64,000 nucleotides of DNA, from positions 1,674,001-1,738,000 of the forward strand of contig CAKKNE010000002.1 of assembly GCA_918797485.1 (NCBI GenBank), given 5' to 3'. The DNA comes from Pelagomonas calceolata. Lineage: Eukaryota. This document shows positions 44,349-54,883 of the stretch, piece after piece. Each line of letters begins with the position of its first letter. Within the stretch, counting starts at the first letter, position 1. Made by a program: the position numbers and the translations under genes. The notes under the pieces were generated by a model. That model was not told where the DNA came from, ran no database searches, and saw only the letters and a program-made list of their open reading frames with translations.

Positions 44349-45005
44349 TTAAAGAAGGAGCAGGGCGCCGCCGGCAAGAATGCCCAAATACACGTCCGCA
44401 ACGCCGGCAGCACTGGTCTGGATCGGCGTCGGCGCGGGCGTCGGCGCGCAGGTCCCGCCCGCCCGAAAGTGGATGCCGCACCTCAAAAGAGAACACGCAG
44501 TGCCTTGGTGCGAGTCGCTGCTGAACGCGGCGTCTTCGGCGAGGCACCAGCTGCCGAGGTCCTGGTCGAAGGCGTAGGCGTAGTAGAACATTGACTCGAG
44601 GCTCGTCACCCGCGACACGTCCCAGTTGTTGAGCGGCTGGTTGAACGACTCGGCGTGGGCGAACATAGACACCATACTCGTCACCCCGGATACGTCCCAG
44701 TCGTTGAGCGGCTGGTTGAATTGCTTTGCGGAGCCGAACGTGGCGAACATATTGGTCACCGCGCTCGTGTCCCACGCGTTTATGTCGTCGTCGAAGTTCG
44801 AGTTCTGGAAGAGCTGCGCAATGTCCGTCACCTGGCTTGTGTCCCAGGACGAGATGTGGCCGTACGTCGCCTCGGCCGCCGTCGCATCCGCGAGCCACGC
44901 TGCTACCGCATCACGGATGGTCGTGTCGTCCAGCACGCCGGCACCGGCGGCAGCCGTGATGAGCCCCGCCAGGCAAAACGAGACCGGGCCGGAGGCCGCG
45001 CGCAT
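44349..45005 (-). CDS. DUF285/BspA-like repeat surface protein
   Basis: FNQPLNxWDVSxVTSMxSMF repeats; signal peptide; PTPAPT stalk; hydrophobic tail. Confidence 0.88.
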   Translation of the reverse strand: MRAASGPVSFCLAGLITAAAGAGVLDDTTIRDAVAAWLADATAAEATYGHISSWDTSQVTDIAQLFQNSNFDDDINAWDTSAVTNMFATFGSAKQFNQPLNDWDVSGVTSMVSMFAHAESFNQPLNNWDVSRVTSLESMFYYAYAFDQDLGSWCLAEDAAFSSDSHQGTACSLLRCGIHFRAGGTCAPTPAPTPIQTSAAGVADVYLGILAGGALLLL

Positions 45006-45375
45006 AGTGCGCGTTGAGGGCTAATGACCCCTGGGCACACACTGTGTCGAGTCCAACTCTGATCGGTAGCTTTACGAGTGGGCTGCCAATGTAGTCAACA
45101 GGCAGCTCCAAACAAAGAAAAGGTTTTCGCGTGTTCACTTCACTCCGTTCAGCTCCCGTGAGCACGCGCGCCCGAGCGCGCCCGAGGCGAAACGAAGCGG
45201 CGCTGGTGCCCGTGACACTTTTCTTATCCCGCTCGATTCTACTTCATTCCTAGTAAGAGACATCCGTCATTTGTTTCGGACTAAAGCCGGTGCCTGTGGC
45301 AAGCTTTGGTAAAGAAGAAGCCTGGAAGCACGTGTAGACGCAGCGCGCTGCGCGTCGGCTGCAATACGATCAAAT

Positions 45376-46284
45376 ATGCTGCCCCGTGTACTGACTGCGG
45401 CGGGCTTTGCTTTGGCAGCTGCCCAGACCTACGTGACCGATGAAAACATCAGTGCCACAGTCACAGAGTGGCGCAACGACGCGGTCGCCGCCGAGGCGGC
45501 GCACGGCCACATATCGACCTGGGACACTTCTGACGTCACAAACATGGATAATCTGTTCCTGGAATGCACCTCCTTCGACGAGGACATAAGCGCGTGGAAT
45601 ACGGCGCAGGTGACAAGCATGAACGGCATGTTCAGGGGAGCAATTTTTGACTCCTCTGTCGCGACCGGCGTCATAAGCGATGCCTTCGCAACGTGGTGGC
45701 GCTGAACGCGTTCGAGAGGGGCCGCTTCGCTGCCATCGTGCCTCTAGCGACGCCGTCGCGCCGTCGCCGCGAGTCATCGACGCAGACATTTCTCTCCCGC
45801 TCAGGTCGAGGCGTGGGACGTCTCCAACGTCAGGGACATGACGCGCATGTTCTCCCGGAACGCGCGCTTTAACCAGCCGCTCAACGGCTGGACGACGACG
45901 TCACTCGAGAGCACGCGGGACATGTTTGGCTACGCCGAGGCGTTCAACCAGCCGCTTGATCAGTGGGATACGTCCTCCCTGACCGCGATCGACAACATGT
46001 TCGAGTGCGTCAAAGGCTTCGACCAGGACCTGGGCTGGGCGCTCGGCAAGGAATGCTCGGGGGCGGTCCGCGGCGGCGCGTGGGCCTTCCTCAACACGCG
46101 GTGCGAGGACTGGGACTGCGGTCTGAACGGCGCGACCCCCCCGCCGTCGTCCGTGCCCACTACTCTATCGCCGTCCGCGTCGCCCAACCCCACGGCAAAG
46201 CCGACGTATCCGGAAGCATCGGGCGCGGCGGCGGCGACGCCCCTCCTCCTGCTCTTCCTCCTCGGAGCGGCCGCCCTTGCCTAG
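45376..46284 (+). CDS. DUF285/BspA-like repeat surface protein; intron 45658-45804
   Basis: GHISTWDTSDVTNM, FNQPL..W repeats; spliced FDSS|VEAWDVS is in frame. Confidence 0.85.
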
Positions 46285-46523
46285 TACTAAGACCTCTTGT
46301 TTGCGCTCTCGAGACTCGGACTCCGCTGGCCACCGCTCGGCGCTGCGGCCGCGGGTGCGGCAGATGGTGCGGCGCTCCTTTGAGATTAAGGACGCCATCC
46401 AACCCCCCTCCCCTCCCTCCCACAAAGGCTAGGCCCCGGGGAGCCCCACTCACTCCGAGTCTAGGAACCATTGACACGGACCTGTAGAGGAACCTGAGGA
46501 GTTAAGCGACCGCGCACGCTAGA

Positions 46524-47435
46524 CTAGCCAGCTGCACGACAATCCCAGGCCCGGTACGCGCCGAGGACTACGGCCGCGTACAAGGCGAGCCGAGCGGCGG
46601 GCCGCGTCGACGCGGGCGGCGTCAAAAACGACTCGCCGTACATGTAGGTCAAGACCCGCTCGGTCTCGTGCGGACACCATGCGGATACGCCTTCGATTTG
46701 GCATCGTCGCAGCGGGAAGATCCAGTCGGCCGGGAAAACGGGGACCTTCCGGTCATCTTTGCGGCGCGTCTTGCAGGACATGCACGTCCCGGTCCAAGCT
46801 CGCGAGAAGACGCCGTGCACGAGGCCCCCTCCTTGGTATGCGACTTTTTCAGTTTCCGTCAAGTGAAGGGCTACCTTGTGCGAGAACCGATTTTCCAGAG
46901 GCTTCTCGCGCTCGTACCGGAAGTACACGAACAAGTCGACGTATAGTTCCGTCTCGGGGTCAACGACGCGCGCGATGACGTCTTCGACCCGGCCTGTCCA
47001 GTCGAGCCGGAGCGCCCGCTCCGCCAAGAAATCGTCAAGCGACTGACACGGGGTGCGGCGCGTGGAGTTCATTGCCGTACACCAAATAGTCTCGTTCGCC
47101 GCGGAGAGCGCGCTCAGCTTGAGGTGCGCCGCCCGGCTGACGCCCAGGTCACCGTCCTCGTCCCACCGCAGCACGCGCCCGCTGCGCCGCGCTCCCAGCA
47201 GCGTCCCAGAGTCGAGCCAACATTCGTCGAGGAACGTTTCGCAAAGCGCCACTGCGCCACGTACCACTCTGACCAGCGACGCCAGGTGAGCACTCTGGCT
47301 CCGCACGCGCCGCGTTTGCTTACTTCCGTCGTCGGCTGTGGCTGCGCTTTTGACGCCCACGACGACGAACTCGTTCGCGAGCAGCGCGAGGAGCAACGCA
47401 GCCCCCAAGACCGCAGCGCCCTTTCGGCGGGTCAT
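46524..47435 (-). CDS. LicD/fukutin-family nucleotidyltransferase-fold protein (type II membrane)
   Basis: WLDSGTLLGARR.G.VLRWDEDGDLG, YVDLF, IFPL, L..MYG; N-terminal TM. Confidence 0.85.
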   Translation of the reverse strand: MTRRKGAAVLGAALLLALLANEFVVVGVKSAATADDGSKQTRRVRSQSAHLASLVRVVRGAVALCETFLDECWLDSGTLLGARRSGRVLRWDEDGDLGVSRAAHLKLSALSAANETIWCTAMNSTRRTPCQSLDDFLAERALRLDWTGRVEDVIARVVDPETELYVDLFVYFRYEREKPLENRFSHKVALHLTETEKVAYQGGGLVHGVFSRAWTGTCMSCKTRRKDDRKVPVFPADWIFPLRRCQIEGVSAWCPHETERVLTYMYGESFLTPPASTRPAARLALYAAVVLGAYRAWDCRAAG

Positions 47436-47898
47436 TCTTCATGTCACGCTTGCGGTCTCTCGCACATCAGTGAGACACAGCCAGGCGTGAGCGCAGCTTC
47501 CGCGCGAATGGTGTGTCGGGGCAGCCTTACACCACTCCAAATGCCCTTACCTGTTGCTGCGGTGCAGCCAACAGAGCCAGCGGCACGGTATCACGAGGCG
47601 CTTTTCTTGAAATCAACCCCACCAAAAGCTAAGCTGTGCATTAATATTATGCAGGGCACCCCGGCTCTCTAACTCGAATGTCCCCTAGGGCGTGCACGAC
47701 TCTACCGGATCCTTAGTTTTATAGACAAAACCAAACCGCCGTAGAAAGCCGCGCTGTCGCGCCCCTCCCCTTTTCGCGCCGCTCTTGCACGTCATCCGCG
47801 CGACGCCTCGAGACGGCTCTAGGGACAGGCATATAGGTGTCGTTAGAGACGGCGCGCGCGCGCTTCTCGCCGCGGCCGGGGGGTCCTAGGCGAGCGCC

Positions 47899-48765
47899 TT
47901 AGAAGGCGACGCCCTCGCCCTTGAGCTGCTCGACCCAGTCGTTGGCGCGGCCCTCGCTCTTGTCGTACTCGTTGTCCTCGTCGCAGAGGAGGCCGCAGAA
48001 CTTGCCGTCGCGGAGCGCCTTGGAGTCCGAGTAGTCGTAGTCGTCCGTCGCCGTGAGGCCGACCATGGTGGCGCCCTGGGCCGAGAAGCAGTCGTAGAGC
48101 TCGCCCGCGGCGTCGCAGAAGTTGTCGCCGTAGGAGCCCTGGTCGCCGAGGCCGAAGATGGCCACCTTCTTGCCGCTGAGGTCGAGCGACGGGAGGCGGT
48201 CGTAGAGGAACTCGTCCCAGGCCGTGCCCGAGCGCTGCTCGTCGGCGCCCGTGTGCCAGGTGGGCGCGCCGCAGATGAGCGCGTCCATCGACGTGAGCGT
48301 CTCGTCGTCGACGCTGTCGATGTCGACGGCCTCGATGCCCGTGGCCGCCGTGAGGTAGCCCGCGACGGTCTCGGTGTTGCCCGTCGTCGTCGAGTAGTAG
48401 AGGCCGACGGCGTTGAGCGGCGCGGCGCGCGGGGCGGCCTTCGCGGGCGCCGGCGCGAACGCGGCGGCCTGCGCGCGCGGTGGAGTCAGTCAGTCGCTCG
48501 CGTTCGGGGCGGCGGTCGGCGCGAAGCGTTTGGTGCAGGTGCGTGCATGCACTTGTGCACCTTTCTTTTGCGCGCAAGAGCGCGCGCGGTGCGAAGGCGT
48601 TTTGCAGCGAGCGCCGCGCGGCCTCGCGGTTGATGTGCTGACTAAGATGCATCGTCAATGAGTGCCGGCCTTTTTGCTTGCATCGCTTCGCGCTTGCGCG
48701 TTTTTTTTCCGGACGCAGCAGCGAACGGGCGAGAGTGCGAGTGCGAGGGCGAGCTTGGACGGCAT
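47899..48765 (-). CDS. fldA: Plastid flavodoxin, second copy; exons 48765-48727 and 48468-47899
   Basis: MPSKLALALALSP|AAAFAP; YSTTTGNTE, GAPTWHTG, FGLGDQGSYGDNFCDA. Confidence 0.92.
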
Positions 48766-49003
48766 TTTGCTGCGGTTTTGTATGTGCTGGCCAAATACGT
48801 CTCTAATGCTAGGCGGGTGGCAGAGAGGCGCGTGCTCGGCTACTAGCGTCGTACTAGCGTAAACCGAGTTTGTAGTTTCCTTCTAACGACCCTTAACGTC
48901 GCAAGAGGCGCATCGGAACGAGTAAAACGGGAACAAAAGGACGGCAAGAAAAGAATAGGGGCAAGGCCGACTCAGGCGGCCACAGTGCGCCGCGACGAGC
49001 AAC

Positions 49004-50248
49004 ATGTTGTCCCCCGGTCGACGCCGCGCGGCCGCCATATGGGCGTGCGCCCTGTTGGGCTGCCTCCCTACCGCTCGTGCGCTCTCACCGAGTTTGGCCC
49101 TGCGCGGCGCTGCATTTCTGGGCTGCCTTCACCGCGCGCAGGCGACGCCAGGCGTGGCCAAGGAGATCGTCGACTCGGCGCTCGTCTTCGACAATGGCGA
49201 GGTTGCGTCGGGCCTGTCGGGTAACGACGACGCCGTCCAGTGCCTCCGTGCGGCGATCGCGGAAGTTCTCACGAAAGGCTCTGATTCAGTAGTTGGTGAG
49301 GGGATACCTTGGGTGAGCTCCGTAAAGGCCACGACCTACGCGGACCCCGACGAGGGAGATCAGGACAGCAAGGTTGCGTTCTCCATCTCCATGACAGGCA
49401 TCGACGCGCAAACGGTACTGGACGATTTGACGAAGGCCGCAGTAGAGACGACCAACATGATGGCGCAGCTGAATTCGTGCGATCCTAGTTGGCCCTACGG
49501 CGACCCCGACGCGGAGCAGACGCGCCACGTGCTCGAGACACAAACGTTCCAGCGCGCCGGCGTCGCGTCGGTGGGCGCCGTGATCTCCTCGGCGCTCGTG
49601 TTCGACGGCTTCGGCGCGCGCAATTTCAACGCCGACTCGGTGGCCGTGTTGCGGTTCAAAGACGTGGTGGCGGATATCCTGAGCGCGTCACCGCTCCAGA
49701 TCGACAACATCGTCGCTGAGGAGTACATCAACAACCCCTCGGCGATGGTCCGCTTCGACGTCGCCGTCCACGCGTGGCCCATCGGCTCGGCGATCCTCGA
49801 GACGAAGGAGGCTGTGGCGCAGGAGCTCAAAGACGCCCTTGTGGATGGCCAGGTCGACGCGGCACTCTTGTTACACGCACCAGATTGCGACTGCGTGCTG
49901 GCAGTCGGCGTCCTGAACGTGGACGCGTCCTCTGCCAAAATCGACGAAATAACGATGGAGGGCTCGCACGGCATCACGTCGCCGCCCGTGGCCTGCACCG
50001 ACTGCGACGACGACGAGGACGACCTCGGCGCGGGCGCGCGAATCGCCATCGCCCTGGCGGCCGTCTTCTGCTTCCTCGGCGGAGCGCTGGCTTCCTTCTT
50101 GTATATCAGCCGGCGGAACAAATTCAACGGCTGCCTTTCCCCGGCCAAACGGCGGATCAGCGGCTTCACCGGCTCGGCGGACCTCGAGCTGCGACCAGTG
50201 GACCCGACCCAGAAGGAAGAGGTCCGGCCGGCGAGAGATGTCGTTTAG
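49004..50248 (+). CDS. Orphan type I membrane protein, paralogue 1
   Basis: Hydrophobic N-terminus, two SALVFD-starting repeat domains, CTDC, acidic linker, TM helix, short tail. Confidence 0.7.
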   Translation: MLSPGRRRAAAIWACALLGCLPTARALSPSLALRGAAFLGCLHRAQATPGVAKEIVDSALVFDNGEVASGLSGNDDAVQCLRAAIAEVLTKGSDSVVGEGIPWVSSVKATTYADPDEGDQDSKVAFSISMTGIDAQTVLDDLTKAAVETTNMMAQLNSCDPSWPYGDPDAEQTRHVLETQTFQRAGVASVGAVISSALVFDGFGARNFNADSVAVLRFKDVVADILSASPLQIDNIVAEEYINNPSAMVRFDVAVHAWPIGSAILETKEAVAQELKDALVDGQVDAALLLHAPDCDCVLAVGVLNVDASSAKIDEITMEGSHGITSPPVACTDCDDDEDDLGAGARIAIALAAVFCFLGGALASFLYISRRNKFNGCLSPAKRRISGFTGSADLELRPVDPTQKEEVRPARDVV

Positions 50249-50739
50249 GTTTCTCCTCCCCTCCACAGTGTAAGTAAAGTATTAGTTCTAGCCCGGTGTA
50301 CGTCGGACGTCCCCGCCGCGGGAACGTGGAAGCTGCTGCTAGGTTGCCATATACCTGAGGGGTTATTTACCCCTGGCGCCGCCCGGGGTTAATAACCCGG
50401 GTAATTACCGGTTATTTATTTATTTATTTAGTACGGATTATTTACCCTCATGAGCTTATAGAGGGGTCGGGAGGGGTGGGCCACAGGCCACCGGCCTCGG
50501 TGCGCGCGCGCGCGGCGGCGCGGCGCCAGGCCGTGCCCTGTACCGTTAACGGTACGGTGCACACAGACCCTAGTGAGTTTTGCGCCACTAGCATTTAAGC
50601 TGTTTTGCGCCGCTCGTCAAGTTGCCATTTGAAAGCGAGCTGTGAGCGAGCACAAAGCGGAAACCTGTGGCGCCTCGGAGGGAGCCAGATTCAATCTGAG
50701 CAGATAGTTTGAGCCGCACCGCCGGCTGCCCCTGCAAAG

Positions 50740-51709
50740 ATGGCTGCTGTCCGGCGCGGCCTCCTGCTGCTCGTGGGGTGGCTCGCCAGCGCCGCTGCTA
50801 CGCAAGGGGTCCCCTTGGAAATCGTCCTGTCTGCGCTGGTTTTCGATGGCACCGCAACCATGGATCTGAATGGCCCAGGCAACGACGCCGTGCAGTGCTT
50901 ACGGGCCGCCATCGTGGCCGTGCTCCGCGAGGAATACAGTTCTGCGTTCGTCTCCGATGTCACCGCCACATCCTATGTGGCGGACGGCTCCACGAACACA
51001 AAAGTGACATTTCGGGTCGCCGACGACGGCATCAATGCGGAGTACGTTCGGAACGACCTCCTGTCCGCCGTGGTGGAATCGTCCAACTCAGACTCGAATC
51101 TGATGCTGGCGCTGGGCGACTGCTGGCCGTACGACGATATCGACGCGGAGGCGGCGAGTCACGTCCTACAGACCGAGACGTACCGCCGCGCCGGCTTTGC
51201 CGACGTGGGCGCCGTGGTCTCGAGCGCGGTCGTCATGGACGGATTTACCGCGTCCTACTTCAACGCAGACGCGGTCTCAGTGGCGCAATTTGGCGTCGTC
51301 GTCGCGGACGTCCTGCGCGCGGCGACGGTCCAGATCGACAACGTCGTGGCCGTGAATTTCTACGGTCTGGACGAAGGGAATGATGGTGTAGACGCCATAC
51401 ATTCGGGGACCGTAGCCCGAGGTTCGGTCATCCACTTCGACGTGGCCATTCACTACTGGCCTGCCGGCGCGACCGTTTTGGAGACGCCGGAGGCCATTGC
51501 CCAGGCGCTGCTCGACGCCCTGGTCGCCCCAACGCCGACAGCGTTCCAGAAAGCGCTCGATCTCTACGGAACGGACCCGCAATTCTGCGACGGCTGTGTC
51601 CTCTCTTCGGGAGTTCTGAACGTGGCCGCGTCCCAATTTTATATCGACGAAGTCACAATGGACGGGTCGCACGCGGTCACCTCGCCGCCCGTCCCCTGCA
51701 CCGCGAACT

Positions 51710-51742
<33 letters not shown>

Positions 51743-51951
51743 GACTGGACGAGGGCGAGGCCGCGGCCGTGGCGATCTTCGTCATCCTCGCCGTCGTCGG
51801 CGTCGCCGGCCTGATCTTCTGGCTCTACCGCAGCAACAAGCTCCGGGAGTGCTGTCCCTCCGAGGAGGTCGAGGCCAGCGCCGGTGAGCTCGAGCTCGAC
51901 AAGGTCTCCCGTTCCGCGACCACAGCCGAGCCGCAGACGGAGATGGTGTAG
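50740..51951 (+). CDS. Orphan type I membrane protein, paralogue 2
   Basis: Signal peptide, same two-domain ectodomain, CDGC and CTANC, G6D4 linker, TM helix. Confidence 0.75.
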
Positions 51952-52638
51952 TCGCGGGCTTGTGGGATTTTCCAAGCCCACATATATCCTTGTGAAATGT
52001 TGTCCGACGCCAAGTCATCTACTAGTACGGTATGGGGACTTGTATGGGGCAGACTCACAGTCCAGATGCTGGTGGCGCGGCGGGCGATTTCTTGCGGAGC
52101 AGAGGCCTAAGCGAACCTTGCCGTGCTTATCATGAGGCTGGAATACATCAGCGAACCAGACCCGCGCGCTCGAGCACGTGATTGGAGCCTCGACTTCGCG
52201 CGCTACCTCGAGCTCCTCGTCGCGGACGTCCGCGCCGGCAACCACTCCATCGGCGACCCGGCCAACGAGCCTTAGTTCGTGTTGTAAGCTTTTCTATTTT
52301 GTCACTTGAGTACTCGCACGTCGCCTACCCCGCGAGTCGCGAGTCCGTCCGATCGAGGCGCGGCGTACCCGCGGACTAACGGCGCGCGCGGCGCGCCTTG
52401 CTTTGTTGGACGTGGTAAATGTGTCCTAGCTATCGTGCACGTTCTATTTAGCTCAGGGTATGTGTACATGGCGGCTTTACGATACCCGCGCTGCGGCACG
52501 CGCTTCCTGGGCTGGCGCCATCTCACGTGCGATTATGGCAATACACAAGCACCTAATTGACGCTGTCGCGCGCCAACTATTGCCCGGACAACCAAATAAC
52601 AGCCTTTCGCAACTCCCAGCGCCTCCCGCCAGCCCGCG

Positions 52639-53305
52639 ATGGCCGAAGTTCCCGTCCAAAACGATGCTCCGGTCATCTCGGAGTCCGATTTGGTGAGTAA
52701 GGTGCAGATCGAGCCGACGACGGAGAAGCGCCCGCGCGAGGAGGTGTTCACCCGAGTCCGCCACCCTTCAGCCTGGAGAAAACGCAAAAAAAACGCGCGT
52801 GCCACCAAAAACTGACTCGTCGACACCCGCGCAGCCCTCTGTCGAGCAGGCCGCGGCCGCCATGCAAGCGTTAGTCCGCGCGCCGGCCCCGGCCCCGAGC
52901 GTCCCGGCCCCGCCCGAGTCGCCGCGCCAGGCCGACGAGGAACGCAACCGCGAACGCAACCGCGGCTACGCGCGCGCCTACCGCGAGCGCAAGCGCCTCA
53001 AGCTCCAGACGCTCGAGAACTGCCGCCAGGAGCTCCTCAAGGAGAACGCGCGGTTATTGGAAGAGGCGCAGGCGCGCGACCGCAAGGAGGCGGCCCTGAG
53101 CGCCGAGCGCGACGCCGCGCGCGACCGCCTCGCGCGCGTCGAGGCCGAGAACCGCGCGCTGCGGGCCTGGATCCACCAGCTCAACGCGCCGCCGGCGCAG
53201 ATGGCGCTCAAGCAACCGATGATGGGCATGGGCGTCGCCCTGGATCCGCAGGTGCCGCGGCGCGCGGTCCTCGTGCCCCGCGACGCCGTGCCCGTCAGCG
53301 AGTAG
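52639..53305 (+). CDS. bZIP transcription factor; exons 52639-52692 and 52835-53305
   Basis: Basic region RNRERNRGYARAYRERK followed by a heptad zipper (LE..RQELLKENARL); GTGAGT donor, ACTGAC branch, GCAG acceptor in phase 0. Confidence 0.82.
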
Positions 53306-53467
53306 GCGAAGAAGCAGAAGAAGAAGAAGAAAAGTTCAAGAAAAGTCGCGTGCCCCGAATATTCTCCCGGGGCGTCCGCCAAAGACTAATAAACCCTGTT
53401 GCAAATTCCAGCTGCAAATGCCACGGCGGGGCCGCCGAACCGTCGGTCCTAGCCGCGAGTGACGGGC

Positions 53468-53653
53468 CGAGGCCTGGCGCGACGCGCCTCTCTCAAAGTT
53501 GCAGAAAGGCCGTGTGGGAGTGGAAGCGGAAGAAGTCGTCGCTGAAGCGCTACCGACTGATCTGCGCGCGGTCAGCGCGCTGCAAGGACCTCGAGAGAGG
53601 GCAACGACCTGGACCACCTGTCGGTCTACGAGGCGATCGACGCGGCGGGCGGC
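53468..53653 (+). pseudogene. Degenerate copy of the 3' end of the GTPase-like gene (15081-15270)
   Basis: Shares gaggcctggcgcgacgcgcc, gcgcgcggtc.gcgcgctgc.aggacctcgag and gaccacctgtcggtctacgaggc, with indels. Confidence 0.8.
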
Positions 53654-53741
53654 AAACTTAAAGAAGCAGATTGTAGAGTGTTCCCGTCAACTTAAAATTC
53701 AAGTTGATCACTTTTCTAGGGAGTCGAATGCTATATAAAGC

Positions 53742-54398
53742 TTAAAGAAGGAGCGTAGCGGCACCGGCAAGGACGCCGGTGAGGGTCCAATAGCGGGCTG
53801 CGACCGCGCCGGCAGCACTGGTCTGGATCGGTGTTGGCGCGGGCGTCGGCGCGCAGGTCCCGCCCACCCGAAAGTGGATGCCGCACCTCAAAAGAGAACA
53901 CGCAGTGCCTTGGTACGCGTGGCTGCTGAACGCGGCGTCTTCGGCGAGGCACCAGCTGCCGAGGTCCTGGTCGAAGGCGTAGGCGTAGTAGAACATTGAC
54001 TCGAGGCTCGTCACCCGCGACACGTCCCAGTTGTTGAGCGGCTGGTTGAACGACTCGGCGTGGGAGAACATAGACACCATACTCGTCGCCCCGGATACGT
54101 CCCAGTCGTTGAGTGGCTGGTTGAATTGCTGTGCGTAGCTGAACGTGGCGAACATATTGGTCACCGCGCTCGTGTCCCACGCGTTTATGTCGTCGTCGAA
54201 GTTCGAGTACTGGAAGAGCTGCGCCATGTCCGTCACCTGGCTTGTGTCCCAGGACGAGATGTGGCCGTACGTCGCCTCGGCCGCCGTCGCATCCGCGAGC
54301 CACGCTGCTACCGCATCACGGATGGTCGTGTCGTCTAGCACGCCGGCACCGGCGGCAGCCGTGATGAGCCCCGCCAGGCAAAACGAGACCTTGCGCAT
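53742..54398 (-). CDS. DUF285/BspA-like surface protein, recent duplicate of 44349-45005
   Basis: Nearly identical protein except for the termini. Confidence 0.88.
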   Translation of the reverse strand: MRKVSFCLAGLITAAAGAGVLDDTTIRDAVAAWLADATAAEATYGHISSWDTSQVTDMAQLFQYSNFDDDINAWDTSAVTNMFATFSYAQQFNQPLNDWDVSGATSMVSMFSHAESFNQPLNNWDVSRVTSLESMFYYAYAFDQDLGSWCLAEDAAFSSHAYQGTACSLLRCGIHFRVGGTCAPTPAPTPIQTSAAGAVAARYWTLTGVLAGAATLLL

Positions 54399-54883
54399 GC
54401 CCTCGTGCGCGCTCGGCGGCGGCGCGATTGCCCACTCACCACCAGGGCAGCATTTGCGTCGGGCAGCAAATTCTCATCTCTGCCCAGCTCTAGGCAGAGC
54501 CAAGACCAGCCCCGCACGCCGACTTGTAACGCCGCGCCGACCGCCAGAGGGGCGGAACGGGGATGCCTATGGGGTGGAATTCAAAAGTGCAAATTAAGAT
54601 TGGACGGACGACCGGGATTTGTCTCGGAGCGCGTCCCGTAGGTGCGCGCAGGAGGCACCGCCCACGTACGTGGCCTGAGGGGCCTTGTAGGGCACCGCCG
54701 CCGCCACCACGATAGCTTGTCGGGGGGAGCGGCGGCGTCGTTTCATACCTATGCTACACGCGGCTACCCGACTTTGCGACCTTGGCACCGTTGTTCTCTT
54801 CACGATCGACCCACTTGCCCGTTCTCCAGAACTGGCCGTGCGTCGACGGGGCACGGAAGAACCAGACGGGTGCTGTCTATGTA

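Noticed and set aside
44349..47435. Bacterial contamination or operon (DUF285, LicD, flavodoxin, ChaN are bacterial-like families)
   Set aside because: Genes carry spliceosomal introns and eukaryotic targeting signals; ancient HGT cannot be judged without phylogeny.
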